The notes under the pieces are model-generated. The model was given only the letters and a program-made list of their open reading frames with translations, made no database searches and had not been told where the DNA came from. Below are positions 37,718 through 49,182 of a stretch of DNA of 64,000 bases, in pieces. Both the position numbers and the translations under genes were made by a program. Location: NCBI GenBank assembly GCA_041288095.1, contig JBGGMJ010000188.1, positions 1 through 64,000 on the forward strand, given 5' to 3'. Positions within the stretch are counted from its first letter, which is position 1; each line of letters starts with the position of its first letter. The stretch comes from Myxococcota bacterium. GTDB lineage: Bacteria > Myxococcota > XYA12-FULL-58-9 > JALHOP01.

Positions 37718-38238
37718 CCGTGTTCGTCGAATATTCGACGGATCCGATCCGTCTGACCGAGCAAGGTGTTTGGATGCACGGCGACGACAGGATCATTCCG
37801 CGCGTCGCCGAGCTCTTCGCCCGCCACCTCGCAGTGACCCCGGAGGGTCGATACCGCATCGTCATCGATCGCCAGAGCGCGCCCATCGAGGTCGCCGACA
37901 CGGCTTGGTTCGTGCGCAGCCTCGATGCGGTCGAAGACGGCGACACGCTACGTGAGGTCGATCTCACGCTGTCGGACGGCAGCACGCACCGTCTCGACGG
38001 CTCGACGCTGATGCAGAGCGACGCCCATGTTCTGTATTGCCGGGTCCCTTGCCGGACCTACGTCGACGGGGCGCTGCGCGGTGCATCGATGGTGCCTTGT
38101 CGCTTTCCGCCGGGGCTCTATCACCAGCTGGCGCTGCGCGCGGAGCTGGAAGACGGGGCCGGCGTTCTCTCCATCGCTGGGGTACGTTATCGCTTCGGCC
38201 CCTATGATCCATCGCCGAGACCGACCAAGAATGAGTAG
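37714..38238 (+). CDS. Hypothetical protein (DUF1285-like)
   Basis: G.W.H.. and IEVADTAWFV patterns; GTGA coupling to the upstream gene. Confidence 0.6.
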   Translation: MTVFVEYSTDPIRLTEQGVWMHGDDRIIPRVAELFARHLAVTPEGRYRIVIDRQSAPIEVADTAWFVRSLDAVEDGDTLREVDLTLSDGSTHRLDGSTLMQSDAHVLYCRVPCRTYVDGALRGASMVPCRFPPGLYHQLALRAELEDGAGVLSIAGVRYRFGPYDPSPRPTKNE

Positions 38239-38262
38239 ATTAGAGCTGGGGGGTGTTCGCCC

Positions 38263-38751
38263 ATGAACACGATTGGCTGGTTGGTGGCGGTGTTGGTGTC
38301 GGCAGGAACGCCGAAAGTTGGTGATATTGCGCCGGATTTCACGGCCAAAGACGTCGAGGGACGCGACATCAGTCTCTCGCAGCTCGCATCGCAAGGTCCC
38401 GTCCTCTTAGCGTTCTTCCCCAAGGCTTTCACTCCAGGCTGCACCAAGCAGCTCTCGGCTTACGCCACCGAATATGCCGAGCTGCGTGAGCGCAACGCCC
38501 AGGTCGTCGCGGTATCGATGGACGATCTGAAGACCCAGAAGAAGTTCAAGGAATCACTCGGCGCGGGTTTCATCTTCATCGCCGACCCGCAGGGAAAGAT
38601 CGTGCGCTTGTTCGACTTGCGTGACCAAGCGCAGGCGAAACGCGCCGCTTTCGTGATTGACCGTGAGCGCCGGGTCTTGCGCGTCGACCTTGGTGACCAC
38701 GCCATGGACGCTACCGACAAGACCATCAAGTCGTGCGAGACCTCCGGCTGA
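38263..38751 (+). CDS. Peroxiredoxin (BCP/AhpC-TSA) family protein
   Basis: [18 protein letters not shown] and RAAFVID motifs. Confidence 0.88.
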   Translation: MNTIGWLVAVLVSAGTPKVGDIAPDFTAKDVEGRDISLSQLASQGPVLLAFFPKAFTPGCTKQLSAYATEYAELRERNAQVVAVSMDDLKTQKKFKESLGAGFIFIADPQGKIVRLFDLRDQAQAKRAAFVIDRERRVLRVDLGDHAMDATDKTIKSCETSG

Positions 38752-38820
38752 TCCGTCGATCACCTCTGGTCAAACCCCCTCCCATCCCCTACATAGCGCG
38801 GCTCTCGGAGCTTCTGCCCC

Positions 38821-39195
38821 ATGCCGCGCCACCCCCTCACCGAACAAGCACATCACGTCTGGTGGAGTGATGTCTGCGAACGCCTCGACGCCATCCGTCA
38901 CGACCTGCCCCCCGATCTCGTCGGTCGCTTGCAGTTCGTCACCGAGACGGTCGCGGGCGGGGATTTCTTTTACCTCGTCGTCGATGGTGTCCGCTCGCGC
39001 ACGGGTGTCGGTCGGCTTTCGGGCGCTGATGCGTTCATCGAGATCGATCGCGAAGCGCTCGCCGGCATCCTCGCCGGTGACGTCAAAACCGCCCCGGCGT
39101 TTCGCGTCGCCGGCAGCGACCGGCTGTTCACGCGCCTGCACGAAGAGCTGAGCCGCTTCGCCGAGAACGATACCTGGGTGAAGCTGACCAACTAG
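38821..39195 (+). CDS. SCP2 sterol-binding-domain-like protein
   Basis: ADAFIEID...L..I..G....P.FRVAGS pattern. Confidence 0.5.
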   Translation: MPRHPLTEQAHHVWWSDVCERLDAIRHDLPPDLVGRLQFVTETVAGGDFFYLVVDGVRSRTGVGRLSGADAFIEIDREALAGILAGDVKTAPAFRVAGSDRLFTRLHEELSRFAENDTWVKLTN

Positions 39196-39222
39196 GGGTG
39201 CTGTCGGGTGCGCGCCGGCGGT

Positions 39223-39588
39223 TTACTTCTGCTTGTCTTTCTTTTCGTCTCTGACGACGCGCTTGCTCGGGCGCGACAAGCCGTTCTGGTACTCCTCGAA
39301 GGACTGGTCGCGAAAGACGGCGTCGACGAGCTGCGCGGCGGCGCCCTCGTCATCGTTCTTCGCGAGGTTCTTCTGGATCCAAGGTCGTAAGAGGGCTTTC
39401 GCGGCTTCCATCTGCTGCGGTCCGATTTGGCGGACAGCGGCGTTGTATTGCGCGGCGATGGCTCTGTACTCGTGCTCGCTGATGCGGCCCTGGGCGTTGC
39501 GCGCCGCCGGCTGACTCGAGGGCTGTGTCGCTTGGCTCACCGCCGTGCGGGCGACGTCGCGGAACGCTCCTGGGTTGAAATCCACCAT
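39223..39588 (-). CDS. Hypothetical protein
   Basis: GGAG RBS, polar leader, helical core, basic tail. Confidence 0.65.
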   Translation of the reverse strand: MVDFNPGAFRDVARTAVSQATQPSSQPAARNAQGRISEHEYRAIAAQYNAAVRQIGPQQMEAAKALLRPWIQKNLAKNDDEGAAAQLVDAVFRDQSFEEYQNGLSRPSKRVVRDEKKDKQK

Positions 39589-39603
39589 GGCTCTAAGCGC
39601 TCC

Positions 39604-39987
39604 TTACGTGCTGTGCCGTCGGTTGATGCCGATGCGTGTCGCTTCGGGCGGCTTGAAGGCGCCCTTGACGCTGCTGCTCGCCTCCTCCGGGAGTGGCTTG
39701 GGCGGCCGGCGTGTCCCGCCGTGCGTCATGGCCGCGAGGCTCGCGGCTCGACTGCTCACCGCCGGCAGCACGCGCTGCATGAGGATGCGCGCGACCTCCG
39801 GCCCGTCGCCGGCGTTGAAGAAGGCGGCGATGCAGGTGATCTCACCGACCAAGTCGTAGAGCTGCACGGCGTCGTTCACGCCGAGGAAGTCGCGGGTGAT
39901 CTCGGCGATGTCCATCTCCGTGAGGAACACCGAGCCGTTGGCCCTGCGGCGCATGCGGCTGGCGACGATGTCGATGGCTGGCATCAT
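39604..39987 (-). CDS. Hypothetical protein
   Basis: ATG-start ORF with high-GC3 codons, co-oriented 15 nt upstream of the 39588 gene. Confidence 0.6.
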   Translation of the reverse strand: MMPAIDIVASRMRRRANGSVFLTEMDIAEITRDFLGVNDAVQLYDLVGEITCIAAFFNAGDGPEVARILMQRVLPAVSSRAASLAAMTHGGTRRPPKPLPEEASSSVKGAFKPPEATRIGINRRHST

Positions 39988-40149
39988 GGCGGAAAACGGC
40001 CTCTTCTGACGCTAGTTTACGCTATCAGACCTACACAGCAGAGCCCGGAAACGTGCAAAAAACGCGGTCCGGCTCCATCCTGGACTCTCGCCGCCCCCGA
40101 AAGTAAGCAAAGACATTGAGGAAGTGGGCCGCCACAGGCCTGGGAGATC

Positions 40150-41474
40150 ATGCGCGTTACGGTCATCGGCACGGGGTACGTTGGGCTGGTCACGGGGACG
40201 TGCCTTGCCGACATGGGCAACGATGTCGCCTGTCAGGACATCGACGCCGCCAAAATCGAGAAGCTCGAGCGCGGCGAGATCCCCATCTACGAGCCGGGCC
40301 TCGCGGAGCTCGTGACGCAGAACCTACGCGGTAAGCGCCTCGCCTTCACGACCGATCTGGCCACGGCCCTTGCGGGCGCCGAGATCGTCTTCATCGCCGT
40401 CGGCACACCGCCCGCCGAGGACGGCAGCGCCGATCTCAAGCACGTGCTCGGCTGCGCTCGTGATGTCGCGCGCGTGCTGCGGGGCGCCGCTGTCGTGGTG
40501 GTGAAGAGCACGGTCCCGATCGGTACCTGCGATCTCGTGCGCGACGCCATGAACGAGATCCTGCGCGAACGTAACGCCGGCTTCACCTGCGAGGTCGTGT
40601 CGAACCCCGAGTTCCTCAAGGAGGGGTCCGCGATCGAGGACTTCATGCGCCCGGACCGCATCGTCGTCGGCGTCGCCGGGGAAGAGGGCGCCGCCGTGAT
40701 GCGCAAGCTCTACGCTCCCTTCGTGCGCAACAAGCATCCGCTCATCGTCATGGATGTCCGTTCCAGCGAAATGACCAAATACGCCTCGAACGTCATGCTG
40801 GCTGCACGCATCTCGATGATGAACGAGCTCGCGGCCATCTGCGAGCGGCTCGGCGCCGACATCATGAGCGTCCGCGACGGCGTCGGCAGCGACCAGCGTC
40901 TAGGCATGGCTTTCCTCTATGCCGGTGTCGGTTATGGCGGATCATGTTTCCCCAAGGACGTGCAGGCATTGGCGCGCATCGCCCGCGGGGTCGGAGTAAC
41001 GCCGGACGTTCTCGACGCGGTCGAGCGCGTCAACGCCCGGCAGAAGCTCCTGGTCGCCGAGCGCGTCATGGCCCATTTCGGGGGCCAGCTGAAGGACAAG
41101 CGCATTGCCTTGTGGGGCCTCGCCTTCAAGCCCAAGACCGACGACATGCGCGAGGCGCCGTCGCTCGTGATCATCGACGCGCTGACGCGGGCGGGCGCGA
41201 CCATTCACGCATACGACCCGGAAGCGATGCCCAACGCACGCAAGCTCCTCGGCGGGAACCCGCGGGTGACCTTCGCGTCCGACGCCTACGGCGCCGCCGA
41301 AGGCGCGGATGCCTTGTGCCTGGTCACCGAGTGGGGTGCTTTCCGCGCCCCCGACTTCGAGCGCATCCGCGCGTCGATGCGGCAGCCGTTCATCGTCGAC
41401 GGGCGCAATCAATACGAGCCGCAGGAGATGCAGCGCCTCGGTTTCACCTACGTCGGAGTGGGGAGGGCGGTGCA

Positions 41475-41478
<4 letters not shown>
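40150..41478 (+). CDS. ugd: UDP-glucose 6-dehydrogenase
   Basis: [29 protein letters not shown] and [10 protein letters not shown] motifs. Confidence 0.95.
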
Positions 41479-42400
<922 letters not shown>

Positions 42401-42404
<4 letters not shown>

Positions 42405-43435
42405 GCGTGGTGAAGAAGCGGGCGCTCATCACCGGCATCACCGGCCAAGACGGCAGCTACTTGGCGGAGCTGCTGCTCTCGAAGGGCTACGACGTCTACG
42501 GCCTCATTCGCCGGGCATCGACGTTCAATACGTCGCGTATCGATCACATCTACGCCGACCCGCACGAGAAGCCGCCGCTTCGCCTCATCTACGGTGACCT
42601 GAGCGACGCCTCGAGCTTGAATCAGGCGCTGCGCGAGGCGCAACCCGACGAGATCTACAACCTTGGCGCCCAGTCGCACGTGCGTGTCTCGTTCGACATC
42701 CCCGAGTACACGGGTGACGTCACCGGCCTCGGCACCCTGCGCATGCTCGAGGCGATCCGCGAGACCGGCATCAAGGCGCGTTTCTATCAGGCCTCGTCGA
42801 GTGAGCTCTACGGCGCGGTCCGCGAGGTGCCGCAGCGCGAAGCCACGCCGTTCAATCCGCGTAGCCCGTACGCAGCCGCCAAAGCGTACGCGTTTTACGT
42901 GGTCGCAAACTACCGCGATGCCTACGGCATGCACGCTTCGAACGGCATCTTGTTCAACCACGAGAGCGAGCGCCGCGGCGAAACCTTCGTGTCGCGCAAG
43001 ATCACGCGCGCCGTCGCGCACATCAAGTATGGCCTCCAGGACAAACTCTACCTGGGGAACCTCGATGCGCAGCGCGACTGGGGCTACGCGCCGGACTACG
43101 TGCAGGCCATGTGGCTCATGCTGCAGGCCGAGTCGCCCGACGACTACGTGATCGCCACCGGCGAGATGCACACCGTGCGCGAGATGGTCGAGGCCGCGTT
43201 TGGTCTGGCGCAGCTCGATTGGCAGAAGCACGTCGCTATCGATCCCAAATACTTCCGCCCAACGGAGGTCGAGCAGCTCCTCGGCGATTCCACCAAGGCC
43301 CGGACCAAGCTCGGGTGGAAGCCCCAGGTCGGTTTCCAGGAGCTCGTGTCGCGGATGGTGAAGCACGACTTGGAGCTCGTGCGACGCAAGGTCGAAGGCC
43401 ACCGCGAGCGCGCCAACGAGACGCGGAGCGACTAG
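42401..43435 (+). CDS. gmd: GDP-mannose 4,6-dehydratase
   Basis: [37 protein letters not shown] and RDWG motifs. Confidence 0.96.
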
Positions 43436-43470
43436 AGCTCCGCATGACACGCGGTCGCTCCCTCTAAGGC

Positions 43471-43497
43471 GCACCACCACGGTCGCCGGACCGATAT
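43471..43497 (+). promoter_or_regulatory. sigma28-like motif
   Basis: GCAC-N15-ACCGATAT upstream of a GGAG RBS and GTG 43530. Confidence 0.55.
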
Positions 43498-43529
43498 ACC
43501 GAGGACACAAGGGAACTTCGGAGCCACTG

Positions 43530-43799
43530 GTGAGCCTCACGCCGATTGCAAAGACGCCTCTCGCAGCTACTGCTAACCCGCGCTGCGATTGCGCCACCGA
43601 CGCTCAGCCCACGGTAAAGGCCGAGGCCCCCACGGTCGCCCCTTCCGCACCGACTCCGCCTCTTCACAAGCTCGCCATGAACGCCACCTCCGGGGCCCTC
43701 ATCACATTCGGCAGCATCGTCCTGCTCGGAACCCCCGAGATCACCGGCATCGTCGGCGGTCTCATCACGTTCGCGGCGCTTCAGGCGTTCACCAAATAG
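43530..43799 (+). CDS. Small protein with P/T/A-rich leader and C-terminal hydrophobic hairpin
   Basis: RBS; disordered first half; two short hydrophobic helices; stop overlaps the MFS start. Confidence 0.6.
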   Translation: MSLTPIAKTPLAATANPRCDCATDAQPTVKAEAPTVAPSAPTPPLHKLAMNATSGALITFGSIVLLGTPEITGIVGGLITFAALQAFTK

Positions 43800-45103
43800 T
43801 GCTCGAGCCACCGAAGATCCGACAAGTCATCTTGGCGTCGTCGGTCGGCACGCTCTTCGAGTGGTACGACTTCTATCTCTACGGCTCGCTCGCGGCTTTC
43901 TTCGGCGGCCTGTTCTTCCCCAAAGGTCACGACACCGCGGCGTTTCTCGCGAGTCTTGCGACCTTCGGTGCGGGCTTTGCGGTGCGCCCGTTCGGCGCGC
44001 TCGTCTTCGGACGTCTCGGTGACCTCGTCGGTCGCAAGCACACGTTCCTCGTCACCATCGTGATCATGGGTGTGTCGACGGCGGCGATCGGCTTGCTGCC
44101 GACATACGAGAGTGTTGGTTTGCTCGCGCCGATTCTGCTCGTGACCCTGCGACTCGCACAGGGGCTCGCGCTCGGCGGTGAATACGGGGGGGCCGCGACC
44201 TACGTTGCCGAGCACTCGCCGGATGATCGACGCGGCTACTACACGAGCTTCATCCAGACGACGGCGACGCTCGGGTTCTTCGTGTCACTCGCGGTCATTC
44301 TCACGGTGCGGCTCGCTTGCGGTGACGAAGCTTTCACGAGCTGGGGCTGGCGCGTCCCGTTCCTGTTGTCGTTCGTGTTGCTGGGCGTCTCCGTCTACAT
44401 CCGGCTCAAGCTGCGTGAGTCGCCGGCCTTCTTGAAGCTCAAGGCCGACAACAAGCTCTCGAAGAATCCGCTCAAGGAGAGCTTCACCAATCCGGTGAAC
44501 CTCAAATACGTCTTGCTCGCGCTCTTCGGCGCCACTGCCGGCCAAGGCGTCGTCTGGTACACGAGCCAGTTCTATGCGTTGTTCTTCTTGCAGAGCACGC
44601 TCAAGGTCGATTTCGTCACGTCGTACGTGCTCATCGGCATTGCTCTCGCGATCGGGACACCGTTCTTCGTGGTGTTCGGCCACCTCTCGGATCGCATCGG
44701 ACGCAAACCGATCATCTTGGTAGGGTGCGCTTTAGCGGCCGTGCTTTACTACCCGCTGTTTCGCGCATTGGCGGTAGTCGCGGCTCCGCCCGATATCAAC
44801 ATCTTCGCGACGCTCGCCATCCTCGTCGTCTTCGTGCTGCTCGTGACCATGGTTTACGGGCCCATCGCGGCGTTTCTCGTCGAGCTGTTCCCGACGCGCA
44901 TTCGCTACACATCGATGTCGCTGCCCTATCACATCGGCAACGGCGTCTTCGGTGGCTTCATGCCGCTGATTGCGGCGAGCATGACCGCCGCCACCGGCAA
45001 CATCTACGCGGGTCTCGCTTATCCCTGCTTCATCGCGCTCACCACGGTGATTGTTGGTGCCATTGGAATTCGGGAATCCAAGGAGCACCGACTCATTTCG
45101 TGA
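43799..45103 (+). CDS. MFS transporter, metabolite:H+ symporter (MHS) family
   Basis: ASSVGTLFEWYDFYLY, GDLVGRK, QGLALGGEYGG, SDRIGRK and ELFPTRIRYT motifs. Confidence 0.93.
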   Translation: MLEPPKIRQVILASSVGTLFEWYDFYLYGSLAAFFGGLFFPKGHDTAAFLASLATFGAGFAVRPFGALVFGRLGDLVGRKHTFLVTIVIMGVSTAAIGLLPTYESVGLLAPILLVTLRLAQGLALGGEYGGAATYVAEHSPDDRRGYYTSFIQTTATLGFFVSLAVILTVRLACGDEAFTSWGWRVPFLLSFVLLGVSVYIRLKLRESPAFLKLKADNKLSKNPLKESFTNPVNLKYVLLALFGATAGQGVVWYTSQFYALFFLQSTLKVDFVTSYVLIGIALAIGTPFFVVFGHLSDRIGRKPIILVGCALAAVLYYPLFRALAVVAAPPDINIFATLAILVVFVLLVTMVYGPIAAFLVELFPTRIRYTSMSLPYHIGNGVFGGFMPLIAASMTAATGNIYAGLAYPCFIALTTVIVGAIGIRESKEHRLIS

Positions 45104-48100
45104 GCCAAGGCGTAAGCTCGAGGATAGCTCCCGAGCTTGCAAACCCGGCGTCACCGAGCTCGCCGCCGGTGTCGTCGCCCCAGCACTTCAAGACTCCCTG
45201 AGTCGTCAGGCCGCAGGCCGAGCGCTTGCCGCGGGCGATGGCGCTGTAGGTCGTTCCTGAATCGACGGCTTGCGGTGCCTGTGCCGACGCGAAGCCGCCG
45301 TTGCCGATCTGGCCTTGGCCTCCGCCTCCCCAGCAGCGCACCAAGCCCGACGTCGTGAGGCCGCAGCTACCGATGCTCGCTATGCCGCCGTTGTTGAAAC
45401 GCGTCAGCGCCACCGCGGCGTACTGGGCGGCGCTGTCGATGGGAGTCGGTTGCGGGCGCGGCGTCGTGGTTCCGTCGCCGAGCTGGCCAACGCCGTTGCT
45501 CCCCCAGCACTTGAGCTGACCACCGACGACCACCGCGCATGTATGGGCGCTCCAGGCATCGCACCCGACTCCCACGTGCGAGTACGCCACACCGCTATCG
45601 ACGACAGTCGGCGTGGTCGTCGGCGTCACAGAGGTCGTGCCGTTGCCCAACTGACCGTAGTCGTTCGCGCCCCAGCACTTGAGCACGCCGTTGGTAGTGA
45701 CGGCGCAGGTGTGCGTGCACGCGGCGCTCACTTGAGCGTAGGTTGTGCCGACGTCGATGGCGAGGGGCGCTGACACCGTCGCGGTTCCGCCGCTGCCAAC
45801 CTGGCCCGACGCGTTCGTGCCCATGCACTCGAGCCCTGCGAGGTCGGTAATGGCGCACGCGTGCCCGTTGCCCACGGCCACTGCGACGTACCGTGACGCG
45901 GACGAGATGACGTGCGGCTCGAGCGGCGCGAACGGGCCAGAGCCGGCGCAGGTGAGCTGACCCGCGGCGACGCCACAGGTCACCTGCTCGCCGAGCGCGA
46001 AGGCGGTGTAGCCGCTTCCCCAAGATGCCGCGAGCGCCGGCCAGCCACCCCAACAATAGGGTTGTCCGCTCGAGAGGACACATCCATGTCTCGTGTGTGG
46101 GCCGAGGGACAGCTGGTCGTAAACGCGCGCGTCGTCGATCACCGCCGGCGCGCGCCGATAGGTGAGCACACCATCACCGAGCGACGCCGGCCCGTAGCCG
46201 GCGAGGAAACAACCGACGGCTCCAGCAGCGTCGCTGCCGCACAAGGCACGCTCGCTGCCCGAGAGCGTCGTCCAGGTGCGGCCGCCCTGTTGTGGAATGG
46301 GCTGACTGGCAAAACATCGCAGCTCCGCGCCCGTGGTCACTCCACAGGTCGAAAACAGAAGGCCGGCGTGAATGTCGGCATAGCTCGTCCCGGTGTCGGC
46401 GGTGACGGGGGTCAGTTTCTGAGTCGTCGACCCGTCTCCGAGCTGGCCGGATGAGTTGTAGCCCCAGCACCGCGCCACGCCGGTGCTGGTGACGCCGCAG
46501 GTGCGCATCGTCCCCGGCGACACCATCTGGTACGTCGTGCCGCTGTCGATGGTGACCGGCGTTTGCTGGTCGGTGGTGGAGTTGTTGCCGACCTGACCGT
46601 TCGAGTTCCAACCCCAGCAGCGGAGTGCGTTCGCGGTGGTGATGCCGCACGTCGTGTGCATGAACGTCCGCAGGTCGCGGTAGCTGACGCCGCTATCGAT
46701 GGTGAGGGGCAGCGGAGCCGAGGCGCTCGCCGCGTTTCCTAGTTGCGCGAACGAGTCGCCGCCCCAACATTTCACCGTGCCGCCTGTCGTCAGCGCGCAG
46801 CTGTGATAGCGGCCGACGGCGGCACGCTGATAGCTCGTGCCCAGGTCGATGGGCACCGGGCTCGCGCGCTGCTGGCCACTGCCGTCGCCGAGCTGTCCGC
46901 CCGCGTTACTGCCCCAGCACTTGAGCACGCTACCTTGCGTGACACCGCAGGCGTGACCTTCGCCGACGCTGACATCCGAGTAGGGCACTCCGCCATCGAT
47001 GACGACGGGTTGCGGGCGATCGATGGTCGTCCCGTCTCCCACTTGGCCGACGTCGTTGATGCCCCAACACACCAGTGTCCCGTCGCTCAAGACGGCGCAG
47101 CCATTGGTTGCCTCGAAGTTCATGGCATGGCGACTCACGGTGAGGGGCGCACCGCTCGAGCGGATGCCCAGACGTGTCGTCGCCGTGTCGTCAATCCTGA
47201 CGCGAGGTGAGTCGACCGCGATTGCGCGCACCTCCATGCGAGCCCACCACGTCGTTCCGGGACGTGCATCGAAGACGTCGAACGTGACCGGCGCGGTGAC
47301 CTGGCCGGCGGGAATGGTGATCTCTCGTCCGTTTTCGAGATCGTGGTCGAGCCCGTACACAGCGTCTCCGAGCACCTCCAGCGTGACGTGCACGTCTTGC
47401 AGCCGCGTCGCGGCTAGGCGCAGCGTGAGCGTTTGCGCGCCGCTCGTCGACGCCACGATGCCGTCACGCTCGACGAAGCCGATAGTCGTCCACGCTTCGC
47501 TCACGGCGAGAGTGATCGCCCGCGCGGTCATGGGCGTCACGTGACCGACAGCATCGCGAATCCAGAGGTAGACGGCTTTGGGTCCGTTCGCGCCCGGGAG
47601 TTGCGTCGATGTCAGCGAGGTCAACGGAAGCCAACCGGCGTCGGTGAAGACCGGGCTCGCGGAGAGACGTGCCTCCATGGGACTCGCGTCGCTCGCGTTG
47701 ATCGCCACGGTGACTTCCGCGGACGCCGTGCTCGCCGCGCCTCCCGCCAGCAAGAAGTCTTCGAGCACGGGAGGCTGGCCATCGATGCCGAAGGGCGTCG
47801 ACACCACGGGCGCTGCCGTGTTGCCCACGGCGTCGGAGAGGCTCACTCGCACGAGTGCTTGGCTCGCATCGGTCGCCGGCACCTGCCAGTCAGTGCCGCT
47901 AACGTGGTCGTTCATCGCGGTCGCACTGGCCTGCACCGGGGTGAGAAGACTCCAGCTCGCCCCGCCATCGACGGAGACCTCGACGGCAAAGCTCGCGAGC
48001 GGCGCGACGTGCGGTTCTGTCGTCGACCATGTCAGTGAAAAAGGAGCGGCCCCGGCAACGAACGCCGGCGGCGCCCGCACCCAACGCAAGTTGGGAGGAG

Positions 48101-48476
48101 TTGTATCGAGGGTGACCTGGGTGGTGCCCGGCGCATCGGAGATCGCGCCACCGGCGTCACGGCCCCACACCGCTATCGTGTACAGGCCGTCAGCGCCGCT
48201 GAGCGTGTGCCCCGCCGTGCCCGCGCACGCGACCCAGCGCGGGTCGTTCGCTGCCGGCCGCGCCGTGCTCTGTGTCACCAGCATGCTGCCGTCAGGGGAG
48301 CGGCAAACGATGCTCAACTCGACCTCCCGTGACGCCGTCAGTCCGGGGGTGCTCAGGGTCACCGCGGGTGCCGAGCCACCAGCTTGCAGGCCATCGTCGA
48401 GAAAGCCGCTGCGCGAACAAGCGACGGAGGGCGCCAGCACGCAGATCAGGGCACCCGCCACCAGCCGACGCGCCAT
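45093..48476 (-). CDS. RCC1/BLIP-II repeat lipoprotein with Ig-like and Calx-beta-like domains
   Basis: SVA-C lipobox; DTTPP Ig-like modules; more than ten HxC...G.L.CWG.N..GQLG.G repeats. Confidence 0.88.
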   Translation of the reverse strand: MARRLVAGALICVLAPSVACSRSGFLDDGLQAGGSAPAVTLSTPGLTASREVELSIVCRSPDGSMLVTQSTARPAANDPRWVACAGTAGHTLSGADGLYTIAVWGRDAGGAISDAPGTTQVTLDTTPPNLRWVRAPPAFVAGAAPFSLTWSTTEPHVAPLASFAVEVSVDGGASWSLLTPVQASATAMNDHVSGTDWQVPATDASQALVRVSLSDAVGNTAAPVVSTPFGIDGQPPVLEDFLLAGGAASTASAEVTVAINASDASPMEARLSASPVFTDAGWLPLTSLTSTQLPGANGPKAVYLWIRDAVGHVTPMTARAITLAVSEAWTTIGFVERDGIVASTSGAQTLTLRLAATRLQDVHVTLEVLGDAVYGLDHDLENGREITIPAGQVTAPVTFDVFDARPGTTWWARMEVRAIAVDSPRVRIDDTATTRLGIRSSGAPLTVSRHAMNFEATNGCAVLSDGTLVCWGINDVGQVGDGTTIDRPQPVVIDGGVPYSDVSVGEGHACGVTQGSVLKCWGSNAGGQLGDGSGQQRASPVPIDLGTSYQRAAVGRYHSCALTTGGTVKCWGGDSFAQLGNAASASAPLPLTIDSGVSYRDLRTFMHTTCGITTANALRCWGWNSNGQVGNNSTTDQQTPVTIDSGTTYQMVSPGTMRTCGVTSTGVARCWGYNSSGQLGDGSTTQKLTPVTADTGTSYADIHAGLLFSTCGVTTGAELRCFASQPIPQQGGRTWTTLSGSERALCGSDAAGAVGCFLAGYGPASLGDGVLTYRRAPAVIDDARVYDQLSLGPHTRHGCVLSSGQPYCWGGWPALAASWGSGYTAFALGEQVTCGVAAGQLTCAGSGPFAPLEPHVISSASRYVAVAVGNGHACAITDLAGLECMGTNASGQVGSGGTATVSAPLAIDVGTTYAQVSAACTHTCAVTTNGVLKCWGANDYGQLGNGTTSVTPTTTPTVVDSGVAYSHVGVGCDAWSAHTCAVVVGGQLKCWGSNGVGQLGDGTTTPRPQPTPIDSAAQYAAVALTRFNNGGIASIGSCGLTTSGLVRCWGGGGQGQIGNGGFASAQAPQAVDSGTTYSAIARGKRSACGLTTQGVLKCWGDDTGGELGDAGFASSGAILELTPWLTK

Positions 48477-48514
48477 GTCATGAGTGTAGCTTGGCGACCC
48501 TGACGGGGCGACAG

Positions 48515-48541
48515 ACAACGCGCCCCACGGCTCGCCGATGA
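48515..48541 (+). promoter_or_regulatory. sigma28-like motif
   Basis: ACAA-N15-GCCGATGA upstream of ATG 48580. Confidence 0.5.
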
Positions 48542-48579
48542 TGCCTCCGCGCTTTCGCGCGTTTTCTTGGGGTCGCGAC

Positions 48580-49182
48580 ATGAACATCGGCGGAATTGGA
48601 CAGGTTGGACACGTCAACGAGGCGGCCCGGGCCGAAGTGGCGACCGCAAGTGCGCGGGCACAACCGGTCGTCATCGGTTTTGGTCCGATGACCGAAGCCG
48701 CGCGCGACAATGGCTTGGCGATGCCGCGCGCTGGTGTGAGCGCTGCCCGTCCGCCGATGATGCGAGTCGCGGGCGGGGAGGGACACCTTCTCGCCGAAGC
48801 GCGTGCGCATTTCGTGCGCGAACGTCCCGAGGTGGTGAGCGCGCTGCGGCGCGCCTATGCGGACATCACTCAGCCCGTGGTCGACGAGATCGCCGACGAG
48901 TGGGTTGCGCGCTCGCTGCGCCGCTATAGCGCACTACTCGACGGGCGCAACGACGGGCTTCAGTACCTGACGCCCTCGGGGTTGCTTCTCACCATCGCTT
49001 TCGAGGGTCAGCGGCCAGAGGGCGACCCGGTGCGCGTGCTCGCCGAGGGGCACCAAGCGAGGTTCATCGAATCGCTTGCGCGCAACGGCGAGTCCACCGA
49101 GGAGGCCACCTTCCAGGCGCGGACGATTGGAGCCCGCCTCGCGCGCAGCACGGCGGGATGGGAAGCGGAGCTAGGTCGCTAG
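48580..49182 (+). CDS. Hypothetical protein with low-complexity leader
   Basis: MNIGGIGQVG... Ala-rich leader followed by a helical domain; no signal peptide. Confidence 0.65.
   Translation: MNIGGIGQVGHVNEAARAEVATASARAQPVVIGFGPMTEAARDNGLAMPRAGVSAARPPMMRVAGGEGHLLAEARAHFVRERPEVVSALRRAYADITQPVVDEIADEWVARSLRRYSALLDGRNDGLQYLTPSGLLLTIAFEGQRPEGDPVRVLAEGHQARFIESLARNGESTEEATFQARTIGARLARSTAGWEAELGR

Noticed and set aside
38263..38751. Possible selenocysteine recoding in the peroxiredoxin
   Set aside because: The active-site residue is an ordinary TGC Cys and the ORF is uninterrupted.
40022..40048. TCTGATAG on the minus strand as another regulon promoter
   Set aside because: It lacks the CGATA core and has no RCAH box at the expected spacing.
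45093..47100. Recurring DNA repeats (e.g. CCCCAGCACTTGAGC) as a possible array or diversity-generating element
   Set aside because: They are in-frame codons of RCC1 protein repeats (LKCWG); there is no RT gene and no template/variable repeat pair.
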